NCBI RefSeq assembly: GCF_006345805.1
Contig: NC_043004.1
Span: 42,594,001 to 42,658,000 of the forward strand
Source of the DNA: Octopus sinensis
Taxonomy: Eukaryota
DNA length: 64,000 nucleotides
Direction: 5' to 3'
The notes below the pieces were generated by a model that saw only the letters and a list, made by a program, of their open reading frames with translations, made no database searches and had not been told where the DNA came from. Shown in pieces: positions 31,801 to 44,559 of the stretch; positions within the stretch are counted from its first letter, which is position 1, and every line of letters begins with the position of its first letter. A program made the translations under genes and the position numbers.

Positions 31801-33699
31801 AGTCCCTTACTATAGTAGTCGATGTTGTTAAACCTTTTTTAGCTTGCAGAATATTTAGAAATCTTCAAGCGTGTATTTTTGACGATTATCTATTATGTAT
31901 TCGGGATTATGATATAGTCAGTGGATATACATTGTAAATTTCTGCTACAGCTATAGCATTGCAATTGTAAGCCGCTATTTTGATCGAGATAACGTGAAAA
32001 AATGTTATCATTTTGAAAGTGCTTCTGTAAGAGATAGAGAGCTTTATAAACTGAGCAGCCAGAAAAAAAAGCTAAAACAGATGTGAGAAATAGTAAGCAT
32101 TGAAACAGTAAAATTATACTGGCTGGTAGTCACAAAAAAACAATCATACACAATACAAAATAATATGACTATTTAAGAAAAACACTTACTACTGTAAATC
32201 CTTTTTCTGATAGAATCCCTACCCATGTAACTGTGAAATAGCCTCAAACTAACATGTAACGATATTGCGTAATGTACTATATAAATAAAATGTAACATCA
32301 AATGTGGATAACAAGAAACATTGCTTCAGTTCTATATCTAATGCTTATAAGTGGACCTATACTATGCATGGCCATTCTTTTCAAAATATAAATTCGTCTA
32401 AATAGTTTACACTGCATTGTAATACCATTGCAGCAACTGCCGCATAAGCGGAAATAATAAAAATTGTAGGCTTTGTGCAAAAACGGGCTTTAGATATTTC
32501 TCACATTTAAGAGAACTTTTATACGACGAATTGAGTTATCCTGTATATGCAAATTGTTCAAATACTTTTATACCTTATTTTTGCATTAAGTCCAGGTAAA
32601 TACATAATCAGAATGCAACTAATAAGAGAGCAATCATTTATCCACGAATGGAAAGCATATATTATGGAGGAATTTCAATTACTGGAACGAAGATAATAAC
32701 ATAATATGATTTTGCTCATTAGCACATTGCATATAGTATGCTAGCAGAGCAAGAATATACACAGCTGTATAGCTCGATACATATAGGGGCATATATGTAT
32801 GTGTCTACGCATGCATAAATGGACGAAACTATTAGCTATTAGTGAGGAAACCACTATACACAGATTGTAATATTTCGGTCTAGATGTTGATGTATACATA
32901 CTTACGTACACATACACACACACAACTCTTGGCATAAATACAGTTTGTATTTTCTGTGATGTGGACCTTCAGTTGTGATTTGTGCTTCAAAGATCTTTTC
33001 TTGAAAGTCGTAAATAAGTAAAGATGTATCATTACACAAACCATTAGGATGGTCAGGTGTATGTAAGAGAATAATTTCTGCATTAATCTTTAATTTTAAT
33101 ACGTGTGTATTAGCGTATTTAATTTTTCTGCCGTGAATTCTGGAGGGTCATTCTGATGTGAACATTGATCGTGACTAAATAAAACCTTTTCATCTTCTCG
33201 AAATATTTTTGTATTTCCTCATTGATGAGATTATCATCGTTATTTTGGGATGATAAAACAATGTCTGAAAATTTATCATGCTCTACAATGCATTCTTATA
33301 TTACAGGTACACATACATAGCTCCCCTACACATATATTTGCTTTAATATATTTGTGTATATGTGTTTGTGTGAATACATACATATGCGTGATGTAAAGAT
33401 CAGCAGACAATTTATATACGGCTCGCCAAATGTGTAACTGGGAACCTCCGATTAAATGATCCCAATAAGACCAATTCGTTAGAAGATGGAGTATTATCGG
33501 TGTCAAATGCCTCTATGGATGCATTTAATCTCCCCAGTTTTTTATGTGTGTTTCTGTTATGTAATACCAAATATCAACTACTTTTCTGAATCTATCAATA
33601 CACCATCAACCCGATGATTGATATTTGTCAATAATTCTACAACCAACTAAAGTTAAACCTAAAATTTACATATCTCTGAAGATTTGACAGTAAGACTTG

Positions 33700-34130
33700 T
33701 GTATGTCTTAATCAGTCAGGTACTCTATATAGTTCCAAGGATCAGCTTGCCACGAAAGGCCACTACAATTTGTGTTGTGTTGTGTGCATGAAATATGCAG
33801 GCTCCTTGTCTTCAATTCGTTCTTTCATGTCACCAACCCACAAACGTCTTTTGACGGCACCTTTATTTTCTTCAGCTCTTACTGTCGAGCTCTTATTTGG
33901 CATCGTAGCTCACTACATACCCAAGATATTATAGACGTGTGTACTAAATTTTCGAAACTATTTCGGTTTCAGCTTTTCTGGTCCTGCAGCGTTTATCTAT
34001 CCAAGTATATTCTTGTCCAATATTCAAAAGTTATACATCGCCAAGTTTTCTATAGTTTTCGCCATAGCTGTATATTTTATCCTTATTTCTGACCAATAGA
34101 AGACAGTTGGCGTAATATGATTGTATACTA
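33700..34130 (-). mobile_element. Very degenerate RTE-like LINE 3' remnant
   Basis: Scattered motifs FEYW..TWID and KRRLWVGDMKE, resembling the RTE C-terminus. Confidence 0.3.
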
Positions 34131-35332
34131 GCCTGACGTTGTGATGCAGTGTTATGTCTAATATACATTATATTAGTAATAATCATCTCGTGCCAATAAA
34201 TTATGCATAAGGTGTAAATATATATCTGAGTAAAAATATACAATGTTTATGATTATATATATATATATATATATATATAAATATATATATGTATATACAT
34301 ACCCATTCACATGCATACATATTGACAGGTACCTTATATGGGTACACAAACACACACATACACACGTTATGTGTATGCATGTTATATATTTATACGCAAA
34401 CATATACACATGTATCTGCATATGTATGTATACATTCACTGATGCAACAAGTTTGTTGACTTCCATTGCGTACATGGAGAGATTGGATTTAGTGCAATAA
34501 ACTTTTAGCCGTATGCGTGTAGATAGGCTTTATTACTACTTAAGCAAACTGTCTAAACCAATGATGTACATCTATAATGCATTTTCTGACAGATTTATTA
34601 ATACACTACCTTCGCAGTATTTCTATTTCATTTCATTGATAAACTGCAAAACATAACATATTTATAGATTTTTGCTCGCCTACTATTTATATTTAGACGT
34701 ATGTAAAAACATTGTGTGAACAAGCTATATATTCATGGGAAGAAAACGGAAGGAATAGCCGGCCCAGAAGAGATTCTGAGAGAAGAATTCTTCAACGTCT
34801 GTTTAATATCATTCCTTGCTCAAACAAATTTTATGTATATTTTTACGTTTGCCAAGGCCTTACATAAATTCATGGACGAATTCGCATACTTAAAGCATTC
34901 CCGGTTTGTCCGTGTTTCTTTCTCACTCACACTCTCCCCGCTATGTTTGTACACACATGCAAATATATACATTCCTTTATACACACCTATTCACAAGCAC
35001 TCATACAAATATATCGTATGAATGTGTTTGCGTTTGTGCGTCAAAGTTTATCACTGTATGTTTTCGTATGTTTTCCAATACATTACATTCAATATAAAAT
35101 TATTAATTTTCTCATATAATTTAGCTGTCTCCCCAAACTGTTGGAACTGACACTTTCATCTTCTGCATATATGTGTGCTTGTATGTGTAAAGAGTCGAAG
35201 CTATTTAGCATAAACACAATCGTAACTCTCGCATCTGTGTATGAGTGTACGTTATTTACTGGTGTGCAAATTTATATGTATATCCGTATATTATCTTGAG
35301 CATATTATATTAGATGCATACTATGTATATAC

Positions 35333-35542
35333 TCTTTTTACTGTTTTACTTGCTTTAGTCATTTGACTGCCGCCATGCTGGAGCACCGTCATTACTCGAA
35401 CAAATCGACCCCAGTACTTATTCTTTGTAACCCTAGTACTTATTCTATTGGTCGCTTTTCCCGAACCAATTAAGTACAGGAACGTAAACACAACAGCATC
35501 GGTTGTCAAGCGATGTTGTGGGAACAAAGACACAGACACAAA

Positions 35543-35545
<3 letters not shown>
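35333..35545 (-). mobile_element. 3' half of an OK-like SINE
   Basis: AGTCATTTGACTGC.GCCATGCTGGAGCACCG..CAGCATCGGTTGTCAAGCGATG. Confidence 0.8.
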
Positions 35546-35620
<75 letters not shown>

Positions 35621-36031
35621 CATATATTAATATATAAATATATCCATGTAAATAATGTATATATGTGTATGTATACATATACATATATGTAGATATATGA
35701 ATACGTAAACACACACACACAAGCATATATATATATAAGAATATATGTGAGTAATGTAATATATGCCATTATCACATATATTTACGCATGAATAGATATG
35801 TATATATATATGTGTATATAAGTAGATAATACCGACATTGGCATGCAACTATACCTGTGTGTGTGTGTGCATGTGTACGTGTGTGTCTGCGTATGTGTGT
35901 GTGGGTGCGTGCTGTCTGTGTGTATTCATGTTTAGTTAAACTGAATTTCTGTCTCTAATCATAGCCGCATATATACATATACATATCGCTCTCTCTCTCT
36001 CTCTCTCTCTCTCGCTCTCTCTCTCGCTCTC

Positions 36032-36063
<32 letters not shown>

Positions 36064-36064
36064 G

Positions 36065-36131
<67 letters not shown>

Positions 36132-36134
<3 letters not shown>

Positions 36135-36862
36135 TCTAGTTTCAGCTCAGAGCTGCGGCCATGCCGATGCACCGCCGTTTTGTTTTACACTATTATTACG
36201 AAAAACATCGTCTAATATGTGGCACTTGGTGAGGAATGGAGTTTGATATAGCTACTCTCATTTGCACCTCTTGCCGTTCATCAGGGACTCACGACAGGAA
36301 GATGTCCAGCTTTTATTTAAAAACTGCTACATCTACGTCGTGCAAGTTCCTCAGACACTTTGGGAGAATATTAAAAAGCTGTGGGCCCTTGAAACCCAGG
36401 CTGTAGCAGAAGCTGGTCCTGAAGCACGATGGCATTGCTGGGATCTTTGGCACTATGCAGTGTCGTCCCGTTCTAGCATTGGTGTAGCTTACAATGCCAA
36501 AATTTGGCACAATTCCTTCCAGGGTCTTCCAGACATATATTACTGCATACCTCTCCCGTCTTCTCTCCAGGGAGTAGAGTCTTAGCTGTTTCAACCTTTC
36601 CCAGTAGCTGAGCTGTTGCAAAGAGACGATCTTCTTTGTGAATCTTCTCTGGATTTCTTCAAGGTCTGCTGTTAATTTTACACTGGTGAGTGACCATAGC
36701 TGTGAGCAGTAATCCAGGCGGCTGAGGATGACTGTCCGCCAGAGGACGATCATGGTTTCATTATCTCTGGTTCTGAATGTTCTTAGGATCCATCCAGCTA
36801 GTCGTCTGCACTTTGTCGCCATCCTGGTAATGTGCACTTGGAAAGAGGTATCATCACTCATG

Positions 36863-36865
<3 letters not shown>
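36132..36865 (-). mobile_element. 5'-truncated CR1-like LINE (ORF2 C-terminus + 3' tail)
   Basis: GWILRTF..LSRLDYCSQLWS..LEEIQRRFTK..LSYWERLKQLRLYSLERRRERY..FNILP, followed by a 3' stem-loop tail. Confidence 0.9.
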
Positions 36866-36954
<89 letters not shown>

Positions 36955-37229
36955 TATAATATATATATATATAGTATATATATATATATATAAATATGTA
37001 TATATATATACGAATATAAACAAGAAGGGTAGTAATATTATTTACTACCAGGTACCCAGCACAAAAGACGAATTAGTCATAAGACAAAAATATTATTCAT
37101 ATAGAAAAATATTATTCATGTAGTTATACAATTAAGGGCTCCTAAATTAAGATGCCGAGTGCTGGGAACACAAAAAGGGGATGAATTTATCGAGAGTGAA
37201 AATCAAAAACGTTTACCGATAACTTTTAC

Positions 37230-37305
37230 AACTCTAACCGCGGTTTCTGCTTCTTTCTAGCAAAACACAGAATATGTTTGCTAAGGTTAGCTTCATCAGC
37301 GAGTC
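37230..37305 (-). ncRNA. Type-I hammerhead ribozyme (copy with one stem-I mismatch)
   Basis: GACUCG CUGAUGA [stem II] GAAA CCGCGG UU AGAGUU. Confidence 0.65.
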
Positions 37306-37675
37306 GCCCAAATTTAATCGAGGTCTGCAGCGATGTGGGACCATGTGTTGAACCCTACTACTAGCAGATCTTAACTTTTCAAATCTCTGCGCAGACGCAA
37401 AACTTACGCGGCAGTATAGGGCATGCCGGGAAGAATTTTACGAATAAATCCATCATGTAATATACGAATATAAACAAGAAGGTAGTAATATTATTACTAC
37501 AGGTGCCCAGCACAAAAGACGAATTAGTCATAAGACAAAAATATTATTCATATAGAAAAATAATTCATGTAGTTATACAACTAAGGGCTCCTAAATTAAG
37601 ATGCCGATGCTGGGAACACAAAAGGGGATGAATTTATCGAGAGTGAAAATCAAAAACGTTTACCGAAACTTTTAC

Positions 37676-37750
37676 AACTCGAACCGCGGTTTCTGCTTCT
37701 TTCTAGCAAAACACAGAAATGTTTGCTAAGGCTAGCTTCATCAGCGAGTC
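37676..37750 (-). ncRNA. Type-I hammerhead ribozyme
   Basis: GACUCG-CUGAUGA-aGCU..UAGCAAACA/UGUUUUGCUA..AGCa-GAAA-CCGCGG-UU|CGAGUU. Six-bp stem I, palindromic stem III (AACCGCGGUU), GUU cleavage triplet. Confidence 0.75.
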
Positions 37751-38882
37751 GCCTAAATTTAATCGAGGTCTGCAGCGATGTGGGACCATGTGTTGAACCC
37801 TACTACTAGCAGATCTTAACTTTTCAATCTCTGCGCAGACGCAAAACTTACGCGGCAGTATAGGGCATGCCGGGAAGAATTTTACGAATAAATCCATCAT
37901 GTAATATTACGAATAAAACAAGAAGGTAGTAATATTATTTACTACCAGTTCCCAGCAACAAAAGACGAATTAGTCATAAGACAAAAATATTATTCATATA
38001 GAAAAATATATTCCTGTAGTTATACAATTAAGGGCTCCTAAATAAGATGCCGAGTGCTGGAACACAAAAAGGGGATGAATTTATCGAGAGTGAAAATCAA
38101 AAAAGTTTACCCGATAACTTTAACTCGTATATAATGTTTGTCTGTATTATATATATATATATATATATATTAATATATGTATATGTGTATATATATATAT
38201 TTATTTATTTATATATATATGTGTATATGTAAAATAGGGCATACCACACACATATATATGCATATAAGACCACATGCACATGCAAATACATCTGTATTTA
38301 AGCACTTCCAGCAAAACTACCAGGCTTACAACAACATAAGTAGTGGAGTTTATATGTTCGACTAAAATTTTTCAAGGCGTTCCCCCTGGAAGATTGCCGT
38401 CTAATAACCGAAAACAATTAAAAGGTAGAAGACATATATATTCTTTTATTTGGGAATGGTCATTTTATTGAATTTATTATTATTTTTTCTAGCCAAATAT
38501 ACACACGTACTCTATACTTTTTCTTCATTCATTTATTACTAATATATCATTCTGTTTTGATTTAACGCCTATCCATTGTCAAAAAATCTGCGGCCACTTC
38601 TGCGAATCTTTTGTTTACCTGTGTTCTTACTCCATGATATATATAGATATATATATACTAACATACACATGTATCTATATACAAACTTCCACATATAGTG
38701 TATATATATATTATATATATATATAATATATATATATATATTATATATATATATATACATGCATACATACATATATGTGTAAGTTTGCGCATGGCATACG
38801 CTAATGCGCCAGTTGCACTTATAAATTGTGAGTCTATAAATTGTGAGTCTATTATGGGCACGATGGCCCGAATAAAGATATA

Positions 38883-39414
38883 ATCGCCAGCTGACCGGTG
38901 TCTGCTACTCTAGGCCGATGAAGGACAATGATCCTGAAATACGTGTCCCTAGATGCAGCTCCGGCGGCCGGGGGTGTTTGTCTCCCCTTCGTAAATGTAT
39001 ATAAGGACACAGGGAAAAATGTGTCAAAGCCATCAGGAGGCGTCGATGCTTCCTAGGGCTATACAGCGGTGGTGTACTCCCTACTGTAACGTTCGTGTTA
39101 GATTGACAGTATACAACCATTCTATCGCCCCACCACCGTACATGTCTCTACGAGAGATTTGGAAATTTAGTATTTCTTATTTTGATAATCAGTGAATAGA
39201 CTTCACTGAATTATAGATATATACAATACGAAGTCGAGACAGATATCGCCAGCTGACCGGTGTCTGCTACTCTAGGTCGATGAAGGACAATTGATCTTTA
39301 AGGTCACAGGGAAAAATGTGTCGAAGCCATCAGGAGGCGTCGATGCTTCCTAGGGCTATACAGCGGTGGTGTACCCCCTACTGTCACGTTCGTGTTAGAT
39401 TGACAGTATAAAAC

Positions 39415-39422
<8 letters not shown>
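38883..39422 (+). mobile_element. Partial tandem of a ~362 bp unit with a hammerhead (retrozyme/pLTR-like)
   Basis: ATCGCCAGCTGACCGG at 38883 and 39245; copy 2 has lost the 3' half of the ribozyme. Confidence 0.7.
38909..38953 (+). ncRNA. Type-I hammerhead ribozyme, U4C core variant
   Basis: UCUAGG-CCGAUGA-AGGA(caauga)UCCU-GAAA-UACGUGU-C|CCUAGA. Stem I extends via CUGC/GCAG and CCGG/CCGG. Confidence 0.75.
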
Positions 39423-39503
<81 letters not shown>

Positions 39504-39831
39504 GGTATATACATTTACATACATACACGCACACTCACGCACAGGCAAACACAAACACGCTACCAAATATATATTATATACATATATTTTTAAGCATCTA
39601 TATAATCAATAAATTAGAAAAAAATTGCATACGCAAGTGCGCCTGTTGCACTTATAAATTGCGAGTTTAAAAATAGGTAAAAAGATAGAAGCAGACTACA
39701 CAAGCATGGCGACAAAAACATACAGAGATTGATAGAAGACCAAATTATTTATTTAGATTCCAGTAATATCAATGTCTTCGACTATAACGTCGTAAGATAC
39801 ATTTCATTGAGAAACATTCTAAATATATTTA

Positions 39832-39889
<58 letters not shown>

Positions 39890-39955
39890 CATAGGTATAT
39901 ACATGTACATACATACATACACACACACTTGCGCACAGGCAAACACAAAACACTA

Positions 39956-40034
<79 letters not shown>

Positions 40035-40607
40035 ACTATATAATCAATAAATTAGAAAAAAATTGGCCCACCTTCTCCACAAATATACTGAAACAAGTTT
40101 TAAAACATTACACTCTCAAAAATTCATACGTGCAAAATATTTATGAAAAATGTAATAACATTCTCGAAACATTAGTGTCCATAGCATTTCTTGCAAAGAT
40201 CCATATTTCAAAATAAACACGACTAACATATAATGTAATGAAACAGAAAAAAATCCTATATTCATAACGAAATGTAGGTAAAGTTTAAATCCAAAATCAA
40301 AAATTCAAAATATAAAATAACAGTCAGCAAACAGCTGATCGCAATTTATTTTTGTGTAAAATATTAGTTTCTAAATATATGTAAGTATATAGAGGCAGGC
40401 AGCACACATGTTTGTTTGCTTTAAAAGTACGAATGGCAAGCATGATTCCAGACACATTGGTGCTGTACGTTTCACTAAATTTTATCCAACATAATAACTG
40501 TTTGGCCACCTTACCCGATTTTATGTAAAACAAAACACATTATGTAATCTCTTTGTAATGTCCTCTGCAATGGCAATCTTAGTGGGGATAAACATTTGTG
40601 TATATTA

Positions 40608-41005
40608 CCCCTCTCTTTACTCTTTTACTTGTTTCAGTCATTTGACTGTGGCCATGCTGGAGCACCACCTTTAGTCGAACAAATCGATCCAAGGACTTAT
40701 TCTTTGGAAGCCTAGTACTTATTCTATCGGTCTCTTTTGCCGAACTGCTAAGTTACGGGGACGTAAACACACCAGCATCAGTTGTCAAGCGATGCTGGGA
40801 GGACAAACGCAGACACACAAACACACACATACATATATACATATACAGATATACAATGGGTTTCTTTCAGTTTCCATCTACCAAATCCACTCACAAGGCT
40901 TTGGTCGGCCCGAGGCTATAGTAGAAGACACTTGCCCAAGGGGCCACGCAGTGGGACTGAACCTGGGACCATGTGGTTGGTAAGCAAGCTACTTACCACA
41001 CGCCT
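40608..41005 (-). mobile_element. OK-like tRNA SINE, near full length
   Basis: Homologous to 13385-13791 along its whole length. Confidence 0.85.
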
Positions 41006-41086
41006 GTATGATTGTATCATCACCATCCTCCTCCTCATCATCATCAATACCGCCACTACAATCATCACCACCCCCCATCATCATCG

Positions 41087-41117
<31 letters not shown>

Positions 41118-41339
41118 CATCATCATCATTAACATCATTATCATCATCATCATCCTTATTAGCCTCACAATATATTTTATTCCTTACTTTCTTCTACATT
41201 ACTCGGTTCATGCTCATACTATTTATCAGTATGATGAAATCCCAGTGGATTGCCATATCTTCTTTCAAATTCTTCCTGTGCAACTTATTAAGCAACAACT
41301 ACTCCAAAATCATAGTATTAACTCCAATTATAAAGATAA

Positions 41340-41810
41340 GAGACGATGAAACCATTAAACTGTCTGCAGCCTGTCTACCCTAAGTAAAAGGCCTCTCGAT
41401 AAGATACTAAAAATATGCAGCTCATATGACATCAAGACAGTATTCAAGAGTAATACAACACTTCGCAAATATCTCCTTCGAGTAAAACCACCAATAGAAG
41501 AGAACATGACCAAGAACTGCGTGTACTCCATTCCATGCAGCTATGGTAGGTTATATAATGGCGGAACATCGCAAAGCTGTGACACGGGGAGATATTGATA
41601 AATCGGGTATAGCTGATCATGTATGGAAAAATGGAGATCTTCTTGCCCTGGGGGATGAATTTAAAATAATAGACAGAGAACGCTACTAGAAAATACGAAA
41701 ACTAAAAGAAGCAACACATATGCTTGGACACAACAACCTCCTAAGCAGACCGAGTGCAGATATGAACAGCATATAGGAACCGGTATTAAGGAAGGATAGG
41801 AAAATATTAG
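41340..41810 (+). pseudogene. Penelope-like element C-terminus: GIY-YIG endonuclease remnant
   Basis: CLP*VKGLS..DIKTVFKSNTTLRKYL..KNCVYSIPCSYGRLYNGGT..HRKAV..KSGIADHVW..KIIDRE..RKLKEA..IxEPVL. Confidence 0.8.
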
Positions 41811-42169
41811 ATTTATAATCCCTAAAATTCACCTAAATTTCGAAGAGCCCTATTTCATTCCACTTTGCTTTCATTCATTATCGGATGCCTCTCTACTTGG
41901 TTCAGTCCTAATTCAGCATTCAATTACTGTTCGGTTTGCCTCATTATCCCACCTTCTTCTCTGCCTCTGGATGACGACCGGGGCTGCGCTACCAGATCAC
42001 ACGGCTCCTTTGGCTCCAGCTACATTAACACCGTTATTTTTTACATTTGTATTAGACATTTTCACTCTACAATGAGGTTCGTGTTTTAAGGTCAGCCACC
42101 AACTAGTATTTTTATCAAACACCATCCCTAGTAAGGTTGCCAATCAAGACTGCAGAGCTCTTACTACCT

Positions 42170-42520
42170 AAAATTTAGGGCTGTTCCGTCCGTGTTTCTG
42201 CATGTTGGGGTCTATGATCATCTTTCTCAGTGAATGTCAGTTGATCCCATATCTTAATCGAAATATTGTTCCTGAATAAAGGTCTGATACGCGATTCATT
42301 CCTCTTCATCTCAGGCATGGAGCCGTTGGACACTGACAAGTTGTCACAATTGTGATTAAGGTGTCCTATCTAATCCAGTTTTAATTAGACAGCCAACCCA
42401 GGCTCACGAGATCTGACTATCTGTTAGCCGGGCTTCGTTTTTAATCCCGCAGGGTGTCGAAAATCCACCTTCCTCACCAAGCCATCTTATTGGGGTTGCC
42501 GTTTTAGTCGCCATCGACTC
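42170..42520 (-). mobile_element. Possible RTE-type LINE 5' UTR remnant
   Basis: Minus-strand GGCGACTAAAACGGCAACCCC..GAGGAAGGTGG..CCTGCGG resembles RTE 5' ends; no intact ORF. Confidence 0.3.
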
Positions 42521-43091
42521 GAGGATTTTCACAACGCCGCTTGTTAATCATTCTGGGTAATTATCAACCTGGGTAATTATTTACTTGTTCATGATTATAA
42601 TTTCACTATAACTACTATAATCCCCATCTTATTATTCATGTTTTGACTACTATAGTTTTATTGTTGTTACTATGATTATATTACTATAATACTTAGACGT
42701 CTTAATATTATCTCCCTTGCTTTCTTTAGACAACAAATGATGGCTGATGATGGTGCGACGCTAAATAGAGGTGCGTGATTGTTGTATCTACTAATACAGG
42801 TTGTGTGAAAAAGGGACGGGTGGGAGTTGATTTTTGAGAGGAGCACTGACACGTTGGACACAGCATAACTAAGCTATAGAAATTTAGGAACAAGAAAGTT
42901 TTAAGACAGCTACAGTAATCTATTTATAAAACGTCACATTGTAGTTAAAAAATCTATAAACATCTCAGTTTGAGCAAACATATAGACAATTTCATAGCTT
43001 GAAAGTAATAGAAAAGGCTTACACATTTCTACAAGATCGACATCCTATCATGTGAATGCACATAACAACACTGAAGACCGAGTGGGAGATG

Positions 43092-43167
<76 letters not shown>

Positions 43168-43268
43168 AAGAGACAGAGAAAAAGAGTCAGAGAGAAAGAG
43201 AGACAGAGAATATTATCATTATTATTGTTATTATTATTATTGTTGTTGTTATTATTATTATTATTATT

Positions 43269-43301
<33 letters not shown>

Positions 43302-43321
43302 ATTTTTATTATTATCATCAC

Positions 43322-43370
<49 letters not shown>

Positions 43371-43469
43371 AATATTATTTTCATTATTATTATAAATAAG
43401 AGTATTACTTTTATCATTTATAGTATCACTTGTTGTTATTGTTGTTATTATTAATATTTGTATTATTAT

Positions 43470-43957
43470 TGAGTGAGAAATCAAAGTGACACTGAGATAC
43501 AAATATACGAGGTCGAATATACCCATCATGGCTACCCGTCTGATAAGGGAACACCAGACACAATCATCACAAATAAATGTACGCGATATTGTGATTTCGT
43601 ATGAAGATGAACAGTACAAAGTCTTGCAGGTGGCGCCAGTAGCCCATCACACTCAAAAGGTCCCTGAAATAGTGTTGTTTAGGGATGTTGAAAGAACCAC
43701 ACAGCTTTCCAGATATGTATTATTCAAACCCAAAGATTTCCTCTCAGCACATTGCTATGATCCTCCCACACTAATACAGCTCGTGATCAGTCAAGCGCAT
43801 ATTATCAGCTGTTAAGGGACATGCTCATCTGGTTAAGGTCAAACATCTGACAAGCATATCTGTGGTATTGAGCGGAATATTTGCTGTAGCCCGTCTTTTA
43901 CACTAAAACAAAATATGTGCATATTAACACTTCCATTGCCTGGTATTGCATTATTAT
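43470..43957 (-). repeat. ~490 bp TAA-flanked non-autonomous repeat
   Basis: Bounded by ATT repeats at both ends; homologous to 14035-14270. Confidence 0.55.
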
Positions 43958-44559
43958 GGTGGCCATGCTCATGGTCGCATTGTTGTCGGTGTTTGTTTGA
44001 AGTCCACCGTTTGATGACTTTCATAGGGAGAAAATCATGCTGTGCCATCGTTTTTTTTCCCTAGTAGTCTTAGTCGTTATAGTGTTACAGCGGTTTCTTC
44101 TTCCCTTTGAAAGTTGAGGCGGAGGACCCTCGCGGTTATTGCAACAATCTATCAGAGCTACTTTTGATTTCCTCCACGATGTTTCTGAGCAAGATGGACA
44201 TCACCATGTTTAATTAATTTTTTTTTTCAAACCTAACGGAAGATCTTCCTTTCAAGCTTCAGTCCCCGAATAGACACAAACAAACAACCAATGAAGCTAA
44301 TGCAATACTGGGTATTCCAACAAATGTTTTGCAACATAACAACTTCTGGAGAAACAAATAAACGATAAATTTACGAGCGATATGATAAACGTACAATCTG
44401 TATGAGCACCAACAACAGTAGCAACAACAACAGTAACAACGACGACGACGACGATGAGTATGATATGATAATGATGATGATAATAATGATGATGACAACA
44501 AAAACAACTTTAACAATAATAATAATGATAATAATGATAATGATAAAACGGGGAAAAGC

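Larger units (their letters stand above)
37007..38127 (-). mobile_element. Tandem array (~2.5 x ~450 bp) carrying a type-I hammerhead per unit: non-LTR retrozyme-like
   Basis: Units start at ~37011, 37465 and 37910 on the plus strand; HHRs at 37230-37305 and 37676-37750. Confidence 0.8.

Noticed and set aside
37007-38127. CRISPR-like or rRNA/snRNA tandem array
   Set aside because: Units are ~450 bp, near-identical throughout, with no unique spacers and no recognisable 5S, U-snRNA or SL motifs.
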